Under the pieces are notes generated by a model. It saw nothing but the letters and a program-made list of their open reading frames with translations. It was not told where the DNA came from and did not search any database. A DNA stretch of 64,000 nucleotides from Dudresnaya verticillata (lineage: Eukaryota), in assembly GCA_977862235.1 (NCBI GenBank), contig OZ374561.1, positions 1,054,001 through 1,118,000 of the forward strand, in the 5' to 3' direction. Position numbers and translations under genes: made by a program. Below, in pieces: positions 12,098 to 24,607 of this stretch (positions within the stretch are counted from its first letter, which is position 1; every line of letters starts with the position of its first letter).

Positions 12098-12864
12098 TCA
12101 AAGAGAGTCCCCAGACCATCTGGCGGTAGGCAGCTTTCTATTGTGCGGTCAAACGGATCCGATCAAGCGTACAATACTACGCAAAGTCTACGATGGATAT
12201 CTCAAAGACATTGGAGCTGACGGAGGACCTGCTGAGCAGGGCAAAAGATGTGGCAAAGGGCAAGACTCTCTCCGCGGCGGGCCCGCCGGCATTGATCCGA
12301 AATGGATGGTTGCATACGGTACCATCACTCGTCGAACCCGGGACGATAAGGACTTGGGACTCACTCGCTTGCCGTACGAACAAGGCCCAAGTGTAGGCGC
12401 GTTTGCAGGAGGATTTTTTGAGCATCGGGACTGGCCGATTCGTAAAGGGATGGAATGCCACAAGAGCATGCGTGCTGTGTTCGAGTACGAAGCCAACTAC
12501 ATCAACGCAGCAGGGTTCTGGATGGCCTTCCATCAGTCTGCCATGCGTCTCCGAGCCGAAACATTTGACAAAAAGAAAATCAACCGGGCTGAAACATATG
12601 ATGTGTGGGCGAACATAGCCATCCGGTATGGAATAAGGGTGACTGGCTTGCGCGTAGAGTTTTACAAGCTTGTGGCACAAGATCCGGTCTACGCCCAACT
12701 TTTCATGCCTAGTCTCGAGAAACGTAACGAAAGTTCTGCTGCTGATGATATGATAGAACCCTTGGAGAAGCTTGACTCCCACATGACGACACAACTGATG
12801 AAATATTTCGCGACACTCAGTGCCAGCAATGCAACAAAGAAAGCTATAAGAGGTGGCGCCGCTG
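12069..12864 (+). pseudogene. Gag-like ORF1 of the YR element, interrupted 4 codons before its stop (remainder 44068-44078)
   Basis: Lies between repeat A1 and RT; ...KKAIRGGAA|GDR* after removing element B; true start uncertain. Confidence 0.7.
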
Positions 12865-13553
12865 TGTGGTACAATGATCCGCCAGCGGCTGTAAGCACGT
12901 ACACGTGTTTTGCGCCTATAATGCGCGGGTAATATTTCGCGTGGCATGCGCCTGTAAGGCGCCGCCCATACTGCCGCCCTGTAAGGCCCGGTGCATTGTT
13001 GGCCACCCCATATGGTATTGCTGGGAACAGCACGGCGCCAATGAGATGGCTAGCCGTGATTGGCTGATTTACCATGGCCTTACGCGCAGGAGCACGCCCG
13101 AGTCATAAGCACCTTACGTGCGCCGGGCGGAGTACGACCGCTCACCACCTCATTGTAATTATTAACGCTAACTTCAATAGCTTAGAATAGGAATAGCGGC
13201 GAAGGCGCTTTCGGCCTTCGCCATATTTATTGCCCCCTGACTAGCAGGGGTCTGCTGAATAGAACCCTACGGTGGGTTTCGGGTCTGTACGCTTTCTTTG
13301 GTCTACATGGGCTCACCGTACTCCCCCTTCCAGGTTCTTTACAAGCTTTAGCCTCGTACGGCTTTGTACTCTACGAGTGTTAGGGTGGCGCCGCCCCTTT
13401 TGCCTTTCTTCCAGGCACGCTAGCCTTTTCCCTTTTCCCTCAAAGTCTCTACCAACTCCCCATTGAGTTACCCTCGTTAGGGTGTGTGCGCGCACGGGAC
13501 AGCTGTCCTTGCCGTTTTAGCGGGCTACTGGCTCATCGCGCCATACTACTACA
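12865..13553 (+). repeat. 5' LTR of element B (689 bp)
   Basis: TGTGGTAC...CTACTACA; matches 43337-44062 apart from a 34-bp indel and scattered substitutions. Confidence 0.95.
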
Positions 13554-13554
13554 G

Positions 13555-13575
13555 TGGTCTCCCGACCTAGAATCG
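13555..13575 (+). promoter_or_regulatory. PBS of element B (TGGTCTCCCGACCTAGAATCG)
   Basis: Complement CGATTCTAGGTCGGGAGACCA looks like tRNA T-loop/T-stem/acceptor plus CCA. Confidence 0.85.
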
Positions 13576-14042
13576 GTTCTGGGTCGATTCCCTTTATTAC
13601 CTCAACGTCAGTCCATCGCTTTGGAATTTTCAAGGATCGAGTTTTCTCCCTGCAAGATCTCAAGGTTCGACTTCCTGGCGTTGAAACCCTAGTCGTCCGG
13701 GTGACGACGGTCCCTAAGCTTCATATCGAGCGCTGGAGTTACGCCAAATCTAGTGCAAGCACCCCTACCGCCGTGGCGGTTTAGTAAGTTCAACGAGCAC
13801 ATCCTAGTCGCGGATTGACGCCCCTTCCGGGAGAACCTCAACAGGTTATCGTAATACCTGTACAAAAAAATACGTCCTTGTACGGGCTGTGCGGGCGCGC
13901 ATTGCGGAAAGACCGCGTGGCCAGAATCGCCCGTAACCCCGAGAACGACGGTTCTGAAGAAGATTGCCCACTTGGAAAATTTTCCCGTCAGGCAACCACA
14001 GGACCGATACCCTTCGTTTAGGTCGACAAGACCGACCTGAAC

Positions 14043-16735
14043 ATGCCGACTTCCAACGGCGAGACCACCCGACCGGGATTGACCAGTCGTGGTGGAAGCC
14101 GTTCCGGCAGTCTTTCCTCCGTGAGGACAATTGGGACGAGAACCCGTGCGGCCGTCGCCGCTCTTGCCCAAAATCCTTTAGTAGGAGAAGTGGAGCGCCC
14201 GCCCCGAATGGCGGGCGCGCCAGGAGATGAGGAACCACCTGTTCCAGAGAAGGGACAGGCCCCGAATGAAGAAAACACGGTCAGTACCGCTTCCGCAAGC
14301 GCCGCCAACTACGGCGCGAATGAGGGTCCTGACCCTAGTATGCCGCCGCCGCCCATCAGCCGCGCTAGTCAGCACGGTACGGGCGGACAGGCCCTAGAAG
14401 ATGTGACGACGTCATCATTGCCCCCGGACATAGGGTTGCCAATGAGAACGAAAGCCAATTCGACCGACCAACGGTGTTTCTCCGAACGCGAGATAGGCCA
14501 GATGGTCGAATTGGGCATCGAAAATGCTCTCGTCACGAGCGTCCGAGCGTTGCTCGAGAGCCAAGCTGACGAAACCCTCTCGAGGGTGAAGCGTTATTTC
14601 GACGACTCAACAGCCCGCCGGGGCGATCAATTGTTGGCAAAGGTCCAAGAAGAGATCGATTCTCGATGTCGACAAACCTCCTCTCGAGGAGTAGACGAAG
14701 AACGAGTCGAGACCCTACAAGCCCAGGTCGATTCCTTGGGGGACCAATTAGACTTGGTCCACCAGGAATTAGACCAGGTTACAACGGACGCCGACCGTTC
14801 AAGACAAGAAGCCGCTTTGGCTATTTCAGACGCCCAGTTGGGCGTAGACAACACTCGTTGTGTTGAACAAGACAGACGCATCGAGCTCCTCCAACAGGAG
14901 CTCGATGCGGAGAAGCGTCGAGTCGCTATGATAGCAGCACAAATGCGGCGACTCAACCGCGAAAGGGAAGTCGTCCCTGAGATAATGCGGCGTCGTTCGG
15001 CAGTGCCAAAAGTCACGCGCGACCGTCGCAGAAGGTTACCCCATCACGGGTCAGGCCACGAATCTCAATACGATGAGGAAATGGCCCGGTGTCCAAATCA
15101 CCGGGGGTGTAATTGCAGCCGACCGAGTCAACCTCGGTCTCGCCCCGATAGGCATTCTAGCCATCGACATGGCGGGGACCCCATCAGGAAGCATATCCTA
15201 CCTCAGGTCCGTCCGAGGACGAAGCGCCACAGTCAAGAACTTTCTCCAGACCCTCCTGGTCTTCTTGGAAGGGACCCCGGCGTTCCGGGTTGAAGGAATT
15301 GATTCCGAGGAAACCTGCCTTCATACCCGTACTTTCATACAGGAGGTATAGGTTGTTGAACCTGGATGACTGTGCAATGACTATCGGGGACCCGAAGTCA
15401 CGGAGACTACGACGAAGAAGATAAAACGGGTGAAGACCGTGATGAGAAGTCGCCGGTTCGACGGAAGTGACCCAGTATCCATTATTGGATTTCTCGCAAC
15501 GCTGAAACGACAGCTGGACCAAGCTCACATTAGTGAAGGAGCAGCTATCCTTGTCATCCCAGAATTTCTGGAGAAAGATGCCAAAGACATGTTTGAAGCG
15601 AACTTCGACGCTGCAGGAGATGATAATGATGGATTCACCGAATGGGCCGAGGCCGTCAATTACCTTCTTCGCACGTGTGCGAAAGACGTCTACATATGTA
15701 TCGATATCGAGAGGATCGCCTCTAATATGGACACGATGGCACAAGAGCCGAATGAGGACGAGGTCACCTTCTCTCGACGGTTGCAAAATCAGGCGCGACG
15801 AGTCGCTGGGGTCTACACAGAGCAAGACTTAAATAACACGCTTTATTAGGGGTCTTCTCCCCGCGGTGAAGCCGCTGCTGAGTACTACCTCTCTGGATCC
15901 ACGTACCGCCCGTTTGGCAGATTATGTCGAGCTCGCCACCGCCCAGGGAGATTCTCATCGTGCCCTAGTGTGTGGTAGCCGAGCGAAGAAAGCGACCTCG
16001 ACGCTGCACAGGAAAACCCTCGCGAAGGTACGGACGCACAAACCTGGTCGGGCACTGCTCATTCGCCAGTCGAGGCGGTCGGGAGCATCTGACTCCGAAT
16101 CCTCAAAGAGTAGCGACTTTGAGGACGACAACGAAGATGCCGTCGTCGCGACTATATATGAAGAAGCGCCACCATCGACGGCAACCCAATCAGACAGCTG
16201 GTCCTCCGGGCAGTACTCCTATAGCCAGCCATATTATGGCGAAGTGGATGCGGTCATCCAAAACTACAACCATAGGCTCCCAGCCTGGGCTTAGCCAACA
16301 AGGACGCAGCGTCCTGGATGGCAGACTGTCGAGGACCAACCAAATGACATCTGCTTTGAGTGTTATGGCGTCGGCCATAAAAAGCCAAATTGCCCTCACC
16401 TGGCGCGTACGGACGAACAGCCTTTTGAGACTCTAAAAAGGAGGCAGTTCCAAGCGCTCTCGCATGAGCAGAAGGCATGGTTGGCAACTGTAGGGCGACT
16501 ACCCTACTTCGCAAATGGACCGGCCTCGACAGGCCAAGCGATTGGGCCACCGACAGGCACGCGTCAAAATATGGGGACGGGCGCCGGCGGAAATAGGCAA
16601 GTTCAATTTCATCCGGGTCTGAATCACCCCATCGACGCGCCAGGGCAAGCGCCGAGGTCACCAAGACCAGGGTCACGACCCTTTCCGCCACCACCACCGT
16701 TACCACGGTTTCCCGCGCTCAAGGCGAAGAACTAG
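14043..16735 (+). pseudogene. gag: Gag of element B (several frameshifts)
   Basis: Pieces 14043-15293, 15430-15849, 15866-16294, 16481-16735; FDGSDPVSIIGFL and LSYRRYRL motifs shared with A and E; Zn knuckle CFECYGVGHKKPNC near 16350. Confidence 0.9.
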
Positions 16736-16903
16736 AGAGGGGGAACCGGTTTCGGTTGACTCGATCACTCAGGTTACATCGGAACCCCCGATCGATTCGC
16801 TGAACGCAGCTTCACTAGCACAAGCTTCGACAGCTTCTCCACGGATCGACCGGTTTCACATGAGAATGTCGCTTCTGTTCCGAAGAACATCTTAACCCGC
16901 CCC

Positions 16904-17312
16904 ATGGGCTTACCCCGTGGGCGTACGTATGACGAGTATTGTAAGGACCCAGTCTGTTCCCTGTCACGCTACAACTATAAAGTTGCTATGTCCGTCGGGA
17001 CTTCTGTGGACAAACTCACTCGAGTACTATCTGTATTGGATACAGGGGCTGGCCCTAATCTGATCCGGGCGGACGTTCTTTCTCCGGAAGAAAATAAACG
17101 CATCTCGACGAACAGGTCGATCGTCAACTTGACGTCTGCGTCAAGTCATAGACTAACTACACTGGGAACCATCTCGCTGGTTGTACGCGTGGGCTCATAC
17201 ACGGTTCGACAACCTTTTGTTGTCGTCAAGGCGCTTGCAGTGGATGCCATCCTGGGATGCACGTTTATCGATACCCACGTCGAGGGTCTACGTGTTCGGA
17301 AACAGAACATCG
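16904..17312 (+). pseudogene. pol: Aspartic protease of element B
   Basis: VLDTGAGPNLI and DAILGCTF; cut by solo LTR at 17313. Confidence 0.92.
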
Positions 17313-18221
17313 TGTGGAGCAGGGGGAGGTGAGCCCTTTTTCGCTGAAAGCGGGCAGACCAAATACGTCGACCAACGGAGAAACCGCCACCGGCGCTCAC
17401 CACCGCCGTTGGCGCGCGAACACGTCATCGACGGCTCACTGGGGCGCGCGCGCACAATGCGCGCCGCGCGCCACGCGGGCGCTGTACGGTGATGGGCCGA
17501 CGTGGCGCCCCGGGACACTGTAATACGGATCCAGATGGGATCCGGATCCGGTATCCAGATTGGCTATCCGGATCGCCTAAGCTCTAAGATCCGCGCCTGT
17601 AAGGCTGCGGGTATTCGCATTGCTGGCCCGATCCGGATGGGATCGGGATCGGACAAGTATCGGATTAGATCCAAGGTGCACGCTCTACAGTATGCGCGCG
17701 CGCACGGCTGTAAGGCACACGCGTCCACGTGTGCGTGTAAGCACCCGCACAGGGGGTTGTACAGCAATCTGTCAGGCGCGCGGCTGCATGCGATGGGTGA
17801 TCTGTCAGACGCACCTCGGGACGACACGTGTCCCGAGTTCCCGCGCTACGCACACGCACCGCCGCCGCCGCATCGCCGTACTATACTTAGGTAAGCCGTC
17901 CCAGACGTAACAGTAAACGCCCGGGCAAGCCGGCCTTGGTCCAGACTTCCCCGTTCCGCACGCGCGTACCCTACCGCTGCCTACGGCTAAGCGTCTACCT
18001 CCCGTTCTTCCACGTCTACCATCGTCCTTGACGTGTTCCCTTTCTGTTTCCTTTTCCCTTCCTTCACACCTTCCGCCTCGGGCGTTTACAGTCCTCCCAA
18101 GGCGTGTTCCTTTGCTCTACCAACAAGTCGCCCACGGCGGGACCACCCATCGCCGAGGGCGCAGCTACCCACCGAGCCCCGAACTGCTCGGCGGTCTATC
18201 GTCTCAGACGTTTGCACCACA
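17313..18221 (+). mobile_element. Solo LTR (909 bp) in element B pol
   Basis: TGTGGAGCA...TGCACCACA; TSD CATCG/CATTG; host frame KQNI|VLRDG restored on removal. Confidence 0.9.
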
Positions 18222-18226
18222 CATTG

Positions 18227-20654
18227 TTCTCCGAGACGGGTCGATACACCCTATCCTAAGGCGCCGTTGCGGCATACCCCGTGAAGGTTCACCCTCAGAA
18301 CCAATGGATGTCCCTCCTTTAACTACCTCGCGACTAATACGAGTCACCGCACGCACTAACTTAGCGACGGGTAGTGAGACATGGGTCGCCGTGACCTGCT
18401 CGGCCCAAGGAACGCACTTCCTAGAATCATTTCCACGGTTATACGACCGCCAACACGTGGTCGTGACCAACGGTATCGTCGATGTACAATCGAATCGGCT
18501 CTTCCACATGAAGGTTGCGAACTTCTCGCCACGCATGCAGCAGCTTCAGAAGAATCAAAGCCTCGGAAAGGCTGTACCAGCGCCCACCCGGACGCCGGTG
18601 TACGCTGTTTCCATCGAGGAATCTGATCCTGCCCTCAATCCTGACACCTCCGTGTCCAGTCCTCAACCGGACACATTCCCCGATGTGGGGGGGCGGGACT
18701 TGCTGCTGCTCTTGGTAGCGAAGGTGCAAAGCCTGGAATTAAAACAGCAACCTCTACACCGTCTCCCATGTCAGTCGATGACTTGGCACTGGAGCACCTG
18801 TCCGAGCCGGACCGTCGTCGAGTACGAAAAATGCTCCGACCGTTCGCCGGTATGTGGGACGGCCAGCTGGGAACAATCCAGGTGACGAAGCACCGAATTG
18901 AACTACAAGAAGGTTCGAAACCTGTATTCTCGCAACCCTATCGGTCGGGCCCGAAAGCTAGACAAGTCGAACAAGACGAAGTAAACAAGATGCTAAAAGA
19001 AGGCGTTATCGAGCCTGCTCGCACGGAGTTCGCAAGCCCCGTGGTGCTGGTCAAGAAACCAGATGGGTCCCTACGTTTCTGCGTCGATTACTGCAAGCTC
19101 AACGCTATCACAGTGAAAGACACTTACCCTCTCCCGCGGATGGACGAGTGTCTGGACTCGCTGGGAAACGCCCAATACTTTACGACCTTGGATTGTAATT
19201 CCGGGTATTGGCAAATTCCAGTCGAGGAAGATGACAAGCACAAAACGGCTTTCACTTGCCATGCCGGATGTTTCCAGTTTTGCAGAATGCCCTTCGGGCT
19301 CTGTAACGCTCCCGCGACCTTTCAACGTACGGTTGATATCCTACTCTCCGGATTCAGGTGGAAAACCTGTTTAGTCTATTTGGACGACATCATTATTTTC
19401 TCGACGACGGTCGACGAACACCTCAAACACGTGAAGGACATTCTAGAAGTACTTCAAGAAGCAGGCGTTTCGCTGAAACTAAAGAAGTGCAACTTCTTCA
19501 CGAAGAGCGTTGATTACTTAGGGCACGTGATCCGCCCGGGATTGCTAGAAGTGGCAACCAAGAATACCCAAGCCGTCGAAGGGTTTAAGGAGCCGAAGAC
19601 TCAGACCCAGTTACGGCCACTTATTGGAATCTGTAATGTGTACAGGCGCTTCGTGCCTAACTTCACGCGCGTGGCGGCCCCGCTCAACGCACTCCTACAA
19701 AAGGATCAGGGCTTCGAGTTGCCAACGTTCGACGAACGTCAGCGAGAAGCGTTTGAACTTCCCAAGAAAGCGTTAGTCGTTCCGCCGATACTGCGGATCC
19801 CTCAAGAAGGTAAGGCTCTCTCCGTCGACACGGACGCCTGTGATTACCAAATCGGTTGCGCATTGATGCAAATAGAAGAGGATGGCACCCGACATCCCAT
19901 AGGGTTTTGGAGCCGCGACCTAACGAAGGCGGAAAAGAACTACTCGGTAGGCGAGAAAGAATGCCTAGCAGTGGTCTGGGCAACGCAGATGCTTCGTCCA
20001 TATTTGGAACGGTCCCACTTTGACCTGTATACGGATCATCAAGCTTTTAAATGGATGATGAGCATGATCGATGCTTCAGGGCGACTGGCCCGTTGGAGGC
20101 TACGCCTGTTGGAATATGATTTCACGGTGCAATACCGAAAAGGAAAGAAGAATCAGATCGCTGATGCCGTCTCCCGGCTGCCAACCTACGGCTTTACCCA
20201 ATGGGAACCGGACCTCGAGATCCCCTGTTTTGTAATCGAAGACGATCGAAGGGACGCCTGCGACGAACAGTCGCCAACGCGGAAACCACGAACGGGGGCG
20301 CAACCCCAACCCTTAGAAGTTTGGGAAGTCGAACCTGAGGACGACGACCCTTCGGGTGACGAGCAGCTGATAGCGCAAGTGTCCGACAAAGAGTCGAGCC
20401 AGAAGGGTCTCTCCCTAATAACGGTGGAGGAGTTGCTCCGAGACCAGAAGTCCGATGACTTTTGTATATGGGTCCGACGGAACCTCGAAACGGGAAAACC
20501 CGGTTGCTACCTCGAAGATTAGCGCGGGCTCCTAGTGCGTAAGTCATACATCGACCGCGCGCTACAGGCACTCGTACCTAGATCTCTGAAAGAAAAGGTT
20601 CTACACCTAGCACACTACCCGGATTTGGCCGGCCACCCGGGTGGCACCAGGATG
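18227..20654 (+). pseudogene. pol: Element B pol: linker, RT, RNase H, integrase HHCC start
   Basis: YLDD, DTDACDYQIG, ADAVSRL, AHYPDLAGHPG; frameshift near 18700 and TAG at 20520-20522. Confidence 0.95.
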
Positions 20655-21637
20655 TGTGGTGCAAAACGTCTAGGACGGAAAAGCACGCCCGGGCAGTTCG
20701 AGACCCGGCGGGTAGCACGTCAGAGACGGTAGGGGTGGTAGAGCATGGACAACGCCACAAGGCGGACTGTAAACGCCCTGGGCGGTAGGTAGATCGAAAC
20801 CAAAGAAACGAGACAAGACGGAAATGGAAACACGTCAACGACGGTGTTGCACGTGGAGGGACGGTGGTACCGACGCTTTGCCTAACGGAAGCGGTGGCGA
20901 CGCACACACTAGCGGGAAGGGGCATTCGGCTACCAAGGCCATAAAGGGGGAAAACAAAAGGGGATACACGTCAAAGACGGACATTGACGCGGAAGCGCGA
21001 TCGTCGCAACGCGTAGCCAACGTCGGTAGCGGCAGTGACGCTAACGAGCGAAGGGGCGAAGTGTGAAGGCAGACCGGCTTGCCGGGGTTTACTGTGACGT
21101 CCTAGACGGGTTACCTAAGTATTACTACTACTGCGTGGGCGACGGCGGTGGCGCTGCGGCGCGCGGGAACTCAGGACACGTGTCGTTCCGTCGTGCGTCT
21201 GACAAGCGCCCTCGGAATGCAGCCGCGCGCCTGACACATTTTCCCACGCCACCGCGCGCGCCGCGCTAATGCTTACACCTACACGTGTTCATGCACCGCG
21301 CTTACAGACTCTTGGTCCCATTGTCCTCCGCTGCCCTGTGACACGTGCCACGTGTGCAAGTATGCCACGGGGCGCGGCCGTGCCCCAGTAACTACACCTC
21401 ACGCGTTCTCTCAACCCGACATTGCCGTCACTATCCGCTGTGAGCGGGAGGTCTGGTTCTTGACCAAGTTGCCCGACAAAGTCGAATGACTAGCGCCATC
21501 GGCGGAAACAGGGATCACGAGCGGGTTCGCGCCTCAAGCTCGATCCCAGTCGCCAAAGGCGGTAAAAACGTCAAAGACGGGAGGTATCCGTCTAGGACGG
21601 TACAGAGCGCCAGTGGCGTGGGATAATTTGCACCATA
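20655..21637 (-). mobile_element. Solo LTR (983 bp), related to the 17313 LTR, opposite orientation
   Basis: TGTGGTGCAA...TTGCACCATA; perfect TSD GGATG; host frame GGTRM|YHNLRR restored on removal. Confidence 0.92.
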
Positions 21638-21642
21638 GGATG

Positions 21643-22347
21643 TATCACAACCTTCGACGTCAGGTATATTGGCCCGAAATGTCTCTCGATGTTTACGCGA
21701 CAGTAAGAAATTGCGTCAAGTGCGCACAAGAACGCGTCCAGCTTCGACAGCCTACTTCCCACATGAAGCTATTCCCGGCAACACTGCCTTTGGAATTCGT
21801 AGGGATCGAAATCCTCGGACCCCTGACCCGCTCAGGGAAAGGAAACGAGTTTCTCTTAGTCATGACTGACAGGTTCTCCAAGCTCACGCGAGCGATACCA
21901 CTGAAGACAGTTACGGCTTATACCGTAGCCAAGGCTTTCTGTGAGCATTGGGTCTTCATATACGGTCCACCCCGTTATGTCCTTTCGGACAATGGCTCGC
22001 AATTCGCGTCCAAGTTCTTCCTCGCCGTCTGCGACATCCTTCGAATTAGGAATATGTTTACGTCGACCTATCATCCTCAGACCAACGGTCAGACCGAACG
22101 GTTCAATCGGACCCTCTTAGCGGGTTTGCGACACTTCATCGCTGAGGACCAGAAGGACTGGGATGAATTCACTTCGGCGTTGACGTACGCGTACAATACT
22201 ACTGTACATCGGGCTACGGGCCTGGCGCTTTTCGATTTGGTGCTATCTAATCCACCAACATCCATCTTGATGGAACAAGCAGAGTCGGTGAACGTCGATC
22301 GCATTCCGGCGACTAACGTCAAGAAGCGGTTAACAGCTCGCTTGGAG
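21643..22347 (+). pseudogene. pol: Element B integrase core
   Basis: CVKC, LSDNGSQF, YHPQTNGQTERFN; first catalytic D reads E (GIEILGP). Confidence 0.95.
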
Positions 22348-22390
22348 TGTAGTATCTCGAACGACACCACCGCGTACGGCAGCCGGGCGA

Positions 22391-23650
22391 TCGTAGAGTA
22401 TTTGGCCACAAACCTTCGGTAGACATTGCAAGCTCCCAAGAAGGACCGGAGTTCCGTAAGGGTACCTGGAAACGCGGCCTCTTGAATGGCCTTGGTTCCT
22501 TGCATGGCCATACTCAGCTTCCCGGGGGGTCACCACGTGACCTAGGTAATCTACTTTGGCCTGGAAGAACGAACACTTCTTCAGCTTCAATGTAATACCG
22601 GCCGCCTTCAACAAGGTAAGCACCTCGTCTAGATGGCCCAAGTGATCCTCCACATTCTTAGAAAACACTATGACTTCGTCCAAGTAGATGAGACATATTT
22701 GCCAACGGACGCCGGACAAGACTATATCAAGCGCACGCTGGAATGTGGCCGGTGCGTTCTTCAATCCAAATGGCATTCGATTATACCGGAATGTCCCCAA
22801 ACGGGAAGTGAAGGCCGTCTTATCCTTATCTTCTTCGGCCACTGGTATCTGCCAATAACCGGAGTTACAGTCCAACGTAGAAAACACGGCCGCATCTCCA
22901 AGGGAATCTATGCAGTCATCCATGCGTGGGAGCGGGTATGCGTCGCCAACTGTCTTCGCGTTGAGTCGGCCGTAGTCGACACAAAAGCGGAGAGTGCCAT
23001 CCTTTTTGGGCACCATGACAATTGGCGAAGCCCATTCGCCATGCGATGGCTCTATCACTCCAGCCTCCAACTTCTTCTTAATGTCGGCCTCAGCGATCGC
23101 ACGCAAGGCTGGTCCTTGTCGGTAGGGCATGGCTCTTATTGGCCGTGTTCCATCCTCCAAGTCTATTCGGTGTTCGGTGGCCATGATCTGTCCCAAGGAA
23201 CCGCCCCACATCGCACTGTGTTTCTCCAGAATGGCCATTATCTTTTTGCGTTGCTTCTTGTCCGGGATGTGATCGAGCTTGATCTTGTCCCGCCATTCTT
23301 CTGCGTCGTTTCTGGGTATCTCTGGTTCCGAGGACTTGTCCTTTTCTTGGCCGACCTCTTCTACTTCTACTTCACTAATGTCCTGCTCCACCAGAGGGGT
23401 GAGTCCAAGTACATTGGCCATATTTTCCACGCTCTGTCGGTGTGGAGTCAGGATTGCCATGGGGTGACGGACGGCGTAGCCGACTACCGTACCCTTTGGT
23501 AATAAGACATCCTTTCGTCCCCAGTTGGCCAGCATTACCTGGAATGGCTTCTGCGGCCGAACTTCTGCAACTCCATTGGCCATTCGCGTATGGTGCCGGA
23601 AGCTCAAAGAATGTTTGGGCTCTAACACGCATAACCCCCGGCCGTCACTG
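22391..23650 (-). pseudogene. pol: RT fragment of element C
   Basis: LRFCVDY, LDCNSGYWQI, MPFGLKNAP, YLDE (mutated YLDD); frameshift near 22520. Confidence 0.92.
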
Positions 23651-23816
23651 CGAACAGACACGGTAGCCTGTTGACCTCCCGTATGGTCAGACCTTTCGTC
23701 AAGCGTACAGTGGCCGCGTAGTGTCGTGGAGGCTTGCGTTCCGTATTGGCCGAATTGGAATTACCACCCGGAGGCGGGGCCCCCTTCGCAGGGCCCCTTC
23801 TAGGTCGGGAGACCAG

Positions 23817-24602
23817 TGTAGTATCTCGAACGACACCACCGCGTACGGCAGCCGGGCGAGACCCCAAGAAGACCCAAAAGACCTGTCGGATTTCGTGGCA
23901 AAACGGCCGAACGTAGAACGGACCTGCGCACCGGTAGCAAATGCGGTAGAGCGGGAGCGCGCAGACGAAGTCGCGGCCAAAAACCTGGATGAGCAGCGGA
24001 AAATGGCCGAGTTGGGAAAAGGTTGCAAAACTTTACTGCCAACCTCTGGCGGGACGGCTTCGTACCTATTCTGGCCAAGCCGTGGTTTGTGGCCGTCTAA
24101 GTAGGCCCAAAATCGGCCACTAGAGCTAATCTAGAGCTATTCTACATATTCTACAGTTAGTGGCCGAGGTTACTCCCCGTCGGCCATAATATCTACTTGT
24201 ATTCCGGCGTCGGGCCAATATTGTACCCTTACCAGACTAAACCAAGTACTTGTTCGTTAGTGGTTGGCCAAATGAGTTAGATTTTCCCTTGATTTTTCTG
24301 CTGTCTTTTGCTTGATTTCATGCGCGGCCAAATCCAATTTCCTTTCCGCACTTGCTTCCAGATCCGATCACACCGATCATACGTGTACAGCGAGCCACGT
24401 GGTGCGCTTGGGTGTCGTAGGTGGCCACGTGTGACACACGTGTACACTTGTTGGACACGTGTGCCTCTTGCGCATTGTTCACCGTCGCCCGCTCGGCCGC
24501 ACTGTCGTCGGTTGGCCAAACGTATCATTCTGATTGGGCTGGCTGTCCCACTTGGCCCGGCCGGTTACGCCCGTTTTGGAGGCCCCTTGGCGTTGCGCCA
24601 CA
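23817..24602 (-). repeat. 5' LTR of element C (786 bp)
   Basis: Adjacent to the PBS; reverse complement of 26050-26825. Confidence 0.93.
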
Positions 24603-24607
24603 TGGAG

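Larger units (their letters stand above)
22348..24602 (-). mobile_element. Internally deleted gypsy element C (5' LTR, PBS, RT fragment, 43 bp of 3' LTR)
   Basis: Perfect TSD TGGAG; PBS 23798-23815; 22348-22390 equals 23817-23859. Confidence 0.92.

Noticed and set aside
22633..23502. 289-aa plus-strand ORF
   Set aside because: Antisense shadow of element C RT
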